Assembly: GCA_943787795.1 (NCBI GenBank)
Contig: CALSNU010000001.1
Location: 1,184,001-1,248,000 of the forward strand
Length of the DNA: 64,000 nt
From: an uncultured bacterium
GTDB taxonomy: Bacteria; Planctomycetota; UBA1135; GCA-002686595
Direction: 5' to 3'
The translations under genes and the position numbers were made by a program. Below the pieces are notes generated by a model. It searched no databases and was not told the origin of the DNA. It worked only from the letters and a program-made list of their open reading frames with translations. Of the stretch, positions 60,312 through 64,000 are shown in pieces; within the stretch, counting starts at the first letter, position 1, and each line of letters begins with the position of its first letter.

Positions 60312-60516
60312 GGCAAACGCAATGCAGATATCAGTGTGCAGCGGTCAGGATGGGGGGGGCCGAGAGGCGGCCTCAGAACGAGTGCTGCGCGCCCCAGATT
60401 GATGGAACACGTGGCTGCGATCGGCTCTCCAAGGACGTGTGGCGGCAGACGCGGCTAACCTATAGAACCGGGAGCGCCCTCCCCCGCTCGGCTCCGATTC
60501 AAAGGACCCTCCGATC

Positions 60517-61911
60517 ATGAGACTCTCCATCGAACCAGGCCCCCTTGGAACCCTGGGCGCGCTGCTGCTGGCGGGCGTGGCGTCGTCTCAGGAGCCCCAG
60601 CCGCTCATGGGCCAGCCCGTGCGCGGCCTGTCGGCTCAGGAGCTCGCGCTCTTCGAGGAAGGGCGGATGGCGTTCATCGCTCCGCTGCCCCAGTCCGAGG
60701 GTGCGGGCCCCCTGTTCAACGAGCTCACCTGCGCCGGGTGCCACAACGTGCCGGCGATCGGCGGGTTCGGCGGTCGCCGGGTCACGCGCTTTGGCGTGGC
60801 GGCCACGAGCACGTCACCCTTCCAGGCTCTCGAGGGGCTCGGCGGGACCCTGCTTCAGGACCAGTCCTTCACGATCGCGTGCCGCGAAACCGTGCCGACG
60901 CAGGCGACACACACCGCGCTCCGAGGGACGCCGATCCTGTTCGGCGCAGGGCTCATCGAGTCGATTCCGGACGCGACCTTGGTCGTGCGCGCGAATAACC
61001 AGCCCTCCGGGCTCGTGGGCCGTGTGCACACGACCGTGCCGATCGAGACCCCGGGCGGTGCTCGTCGCATCGGGCGCTTCGGCTGGAAGGGCGGCATCGC
61101 GACCGTCGATTCCTTCTCGCTCGACGCGGCGCTGAATGAGATGGGGTTGACGAGCCAGTTCCTCCCGCAAGAGAACGCGCCCAACGGAGACCTGGCGCTG
61201 CTCGCCCAGTGCGACACCGTCGCCGATCCCGAGGACATGCCGGACGCCGCGGGCTTCACCCGCACGGATCGCTTCACCCACTTCCAGCGCTTCCTCGCGG
61301 CCCCCGCGCAGACTCCGCGGAGCGGGATGGCCGGAGAGGCGGTCTTCGAGGCGGTGGGATGTGCGGACTGCCACGTCGCGAGCTACGTGACGGCTCAGGT
61401 GCCAGAGGACGCGTTGTCCGGGCAGACCATCCAGCCGTACGCCGACTTCCTCCTTCATGACCTCGGCTCGCTGGGTGATGGCATCGTCGAGGGGGAGGCC
61501 ACCGAGACCGAGATGATGACGCGCCCGCTCTGGGGGCTCGCCCAGCGGCCGAGCTTCCTCCACGACGGGCGCGCGACCGGGGGCACCTTCGAGCAGAACG
61601 TGGCGGCGGCCATCGCCGAGCATGGGGGCACGGCGACTCCCTCGGCTCAGGCCTTCGCGGCGCTCTCCGCCGCGGAGAAGGACCTGGTCTACCGCTTCCT
61701 TGGCTCTCTCGGCCGCGCAGAGTTCGACTGGGATACGAACAACACCATCGATGAGTTCGACTGGTTCTTCATTTACCCCCTTATGACAGGACCGGAGCCG
61801 GCGACCCCTCTCTCCCCTGACGACACCGGGGCCATCGCTGACGTGGACCAGGACGGAGACTTCGACCTGGTTGAATTCGGCAAGCTCCAGCGCGCGTTCA
61901 CCGGACAGTGA
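60517..61911 (+). CDS. Exported di-heme oxidoreductase (DHOR family) with C-terminal dockerin-like Ca-binding pair
   Basis: GPLFN..CAGCH, GRFGWK, NEMG.T, CADCH, D.LLHD, T.PLWG, LHDGRA, HGG; tail DWDTNNTIDEFD / DVDQDGDFDLVEF. Confidence 0.85.
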   Translation: MRLSIEPGPLGTLGALLLAGVASSQEPQPLMGQPVRGLSAQELALFEEGRMAFIAPLPQSEGAGPLFNELTCAGCHNVPAIGGFGGRRVTRFGVAATSTSPFQALEGLGGTLLQDQSFTIACRETVPTQATHTALRGTPILFGAGLIESIPDATLVVRANNQPSGLVGRVHTTVPIETPGGARRIGRFGWKGGIATVDSFSLDAALNEMGLTSQFLPQENAPNGDLALLAQCDTVADPEDMPDAAGFTRTDRFTHFQRFLAAPAQTPRSGMAGEAVFEAVGCADCHVASYVTAQVPEDALSGQTIQPYADFLLHDLGSLGDGIVEGEATETEMMTRPLWGLAQRPSFLHDGRATGGTFEQNVAAAIAEHGGTATPSAQAFAALSAAEKDLVYRFLGSLGRAEFDWDTNNTIDEFDWFFIYPLMTGPEPATPLSPDDTGAIADVDQDGDFDLVEFGKLQRAFTGQ

Positions 61912-61922
61912 GGTCCCACGTC

Positions 61923-62939
61923 ATGTTCAAACAAAGCTCCATCCTCGTCGCCGCGGCGACGCTCGCGGCGCCCCTCGCTGCCCAGGTGACCCTCGACGTC
62001 AAGGTCCTCTCCGCGGGTGCTCCTGTGGTGAGCGTCATGCCGGGACAGGTCGTCTCGTTCTCCCTGGAGGCGCAGCTCGGCGGCGAACCCAGTCAGGGGC
62101 TCGCCATGTTCGCCGTGGACCTCGACCACGACGGCGGCCCCCTCACTCAGGTGACGCCGAGCGCGGCGGCTGCGCCCTTCGTCTCGCCCATGGGCGTGAA
62201 CAACCCCGCCGGGTTCGGTGGCACCGTCCGAGGCGGCGACCTGCTCCAGGTCGGCGGAGCCATGAACACCATCAACAACCAGTTCGCCTCCGCTCCGCTG
62301 GGGTCAGTGGTGACCGGGATCGCACTCACAAGCGCCGAGGTGCTTGCCACCGGGTCGGTCACGGCCCCCACGACGGCGGGCGTCTACCGGGTCTCGGCGA
62401 CGAACCTCTTCGCCAACGCGCTGGACGCTCCGGCGCCAGGGGGGCATTGGGACGTCAAGGCCGTGGAGGCTGGGGCCGTTGAGTCGCTCACGATCCTCGT
62501 CCTGGACTGCGGGGCGGAGACCTTCTGCGACGCGAAGGAGGACTCCGCGGGCTGCGTACCCGCGATCACCTCTTCCGGCGCCGCGTCGCTGGGCGGGAAC
62601 TCGATCCTTACCCTGACGGCGTCGGGCGTCCTCAACCGGCAGTTCGGCCTCTTCATCTACGGCACCGAGGTCGCGGACGACCCGGCCTTCGGCGGCACGC
62701 TGTGTGTCGGCGGGAACGAGGTTCGGCTCATGGAGCCCACCAACTCTGGCGGCAGCGGCGCGCCGGGGACCTCCTGCGATGGCAGCTTCACGCGCGTCAT
62801 CGACGGCGCCTTCCTGGCTGCCGCAGGCTTCGGCATCGGTGAAGAGGTCTTCTGTCAGTGGCTCTATCGTGACCCCCTCGCCCCCGACGGAAGCGGCGCA
62901 GGCATCACGAACGCCGCGGCTTTCCTCGTCTGCCCCTGA
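61923..62939 (+). CDS. Exported protein: cohesin-like N-domain plus Cys-containing planctomycete-type C-terminal domain
   Basis: signal peptide (AAQ); V.PGQVV...GLA.F.VDL..D; tail FC.AK.DS.GC.P.I...GGTLCVGG...CDG...YRDP...TNA. Confidence 0.7.
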   Translation: MFKQSSILVAAATLAAPLAAQVTLDVKVLSAGAPVVSVMPGQVVSFSLEAQLGGEPSQGLAMFAVDLDHDGGPLTQVTPSAAAAPFVSPMGVNNPAGFGGTVRGGDLLQVGGAMNTINNQFASAPLGSVVTGIALTSAEVLATGSVTAPTTAGVYRVSATNLFANALDAPAPGGHWDVKAVEAGAVESLTILVLDCGAETFCDAKEDSAGCVPAITSSGAASLGGNSILTLTASGVLNRQFGLFIYGTEVADDPAFGGTLCVGGNEVRLMEPTNSGGSGAPGTSCDGSFTRVIDGAFLAAAGFGIGEEVFCQWLYRDPLAPDGSGAGITNAAAFLVCP

Positions 62940-62975
62940 CCGCTGCGGCCCCGAGGAGGGGCCCATGGCTTCTGC

Positions 62976-64000
62976 ATGATCGCACCGCTCTTCCTCTCGT
63001 TGGCCGCGGTCGCGACCGCCGTCGCTGGCCCGCAGGAGCCGGGTCCCGACCGGGCGGGCGACGTGGAGGCGTTTGTCGAGGCGCAGGCCGATTGGATCGG
63101 TGCCCTCAAGAGCTGGGCTGAGGGACGGGGACAGGCACCCTTCAGCGAAGCGGCCAAGCTGACGGTTCCCGGCGGCGAGCCTTCGGTCGTCGACGAAGGG
63201 ACCGTGCGCCTGGCCCGAAGCGCCCGGGATGGGGGAGCGCGCCGCCGGACGGATGCGGCGGGCCTGCGGGACGCGCTCCTCGGCGGGCAAGGGGTGCATG
63301 ATCTGGCCAGCGTGAGCACCAAGGTCCTGGCGGCGGTCGCCGCAGACGGGGGGTACGACCTTGAGCTTCGGTTCGAGGCGGAGGCCCCAACTGAGGCCCC
63401 AACTGAGGCCCCAACTGAGGCCCCAACTGAGGCCCCAACTGAGGCCCTTGCCAAGGCTCCGCTCTGGCAGGCGGTCTCGACGGCCACCGTGAGCCTTCGG
63501 CCCTCGCCCTCGCCAGCGGCCGCTGGCGTGGAGGTTGAGGAGTGGGACTGCACCGCTCTCAGCGTCGACTCCTGGGAGTGGGCCTCCAGGACCGGCGAGC
63601 TCTTCGTCGAGCGGACCCTGGGCGTGATGGGGCCGGACAAGCGGGCGGCGAGGTTGCTAGGAGTCGGGATGGATCGTTGGGCGCAGCGGCTCGACGACCC
63701 GTCTCGGTCGTCCTGGTTCGGTCACCAGGGGATCGCCGCAGGCGACGTCAACGGGGACGGACGCCCGGACCTGCTGGTCGCCATGCCGAGCGGGCTGCCG
63801 AACATGCTCCTGTTGCAGCAACCGGATGGGACCGTGCGGGACGTGGCGCGCGAGGTGGGGCTCGCCTGGCTCGACGACACCAAGGGTGTGCTCCTCGCTG
63901 ACATGGACGGCGACGGCCGGCTCGACGCGGTCTCGTCCCTCGGCCACGTCCTCGTCGTGCAGCGGCAGGACGAGCGTGGCCGCTTCCAGATGGCGGGCTG
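62976..64000 (+). CDS. Exported FG-GAP/VCBS repeat (CRTAC1/ASPIC-UnbV-like) protein, 3' truncated by window; absent from the ORF track
   Basis: manual translation: MIAPLFLSLAAVATAVAG...GHQGIAAGDVNGDGRPDLLV..P.GLPN.LL.Q.PDGT..D...GVLLADMDGDGRLD; no stop before the window end. Confidence 0.85.
   Translation, partial: MIAPLFLSLAAVATAVAGPQEPGPDRAGDVEAFVEAQADWIGALKSWAEGRGQAPFSEAAKLTVPGGEPSVVDEGTVRLARSARDGGARRRTDAAGLRDALLGGQGVHDLASVSTKVLAAVAADGGYDLELRFEAEAPTEAPTEAPTEAPTEAPTEALAKAPLWQAVSTATVSLRPSPSPAAAGVEVEEWDCTALSVDSWEWASRTGELFVERTLGVMGPDKRAARLLGVGMDRWAQRLDDPSRSSWFGHQGIAAGDVNGDGRPDLLVAMPSGLPNMLLLQQPDGTVRDVAREVGLAWLDDTKGVLLADMDGDGRLDAVSSLGHVLVVQRQDERGRFQMAG
63381..63447 (+). repeat. Perfect 12-bp in-frame repeat GAGGCCCCAACT x5.5 (EAPT)
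   Basis: read directly. Confidence 0.97.

Noticed and set aside
60311..60326. GG-N10-GC as a sigma54 promoter for the DHOR operon
   Set aside because: Spacing fits but the match to TGGCAC/TTGC is weak; not supportable alone

Overview
High-GC bacterial chromosomal window of mostly housekeeping genes, inferred to be Planctomycetota (probably an OM190/'Pla133-Poly30'-like lineage). This rests on the tandem groEL-groEL-dnaJ-grpE-FmdB order, the exported DUF1570, NPCBM, prenyltransferase-repeat and FG-GAP proteins, and a lineage-type C-terminal domain. It holds about 58 CDS (thrB, lpxB, trkAH, groEL x2, dnaJ, grpE, rpsB-tsf-pyrH-frr, pepP, eboE, mnmD, xerC, xseA, split pabA/pabB-like genes, an ECF/anti-sigma pair and many exported unknowns), plus tRNA-Lys(UUU) and tRNA-Glu(UUC). 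I see no CRISPR, IS or prophage. Most notable observations: (1) a di-heme (DHOR-family) cytochrome with a dockerin-like tail, followed 11 nt later by an exported protein with a cohesin-like domain, a candidate redox scaffold; (2) about 16 genes with a TAnnnT-type -10 hexamer 6-9 nt before the start codon and no SD, suggesting widespread leaderless mRNAs; (3) a groES-less double groEL operon with a sigma54-type promoter; (4) a free-standing aminotransferase small-domain protein; (5) an exported protein with a duplicated LptF/G-like beta domain; (6) unrelated 9-22 bp tandem repeats in many intergenic gaps. All family calls come from motif recognition by eye, not from searches.
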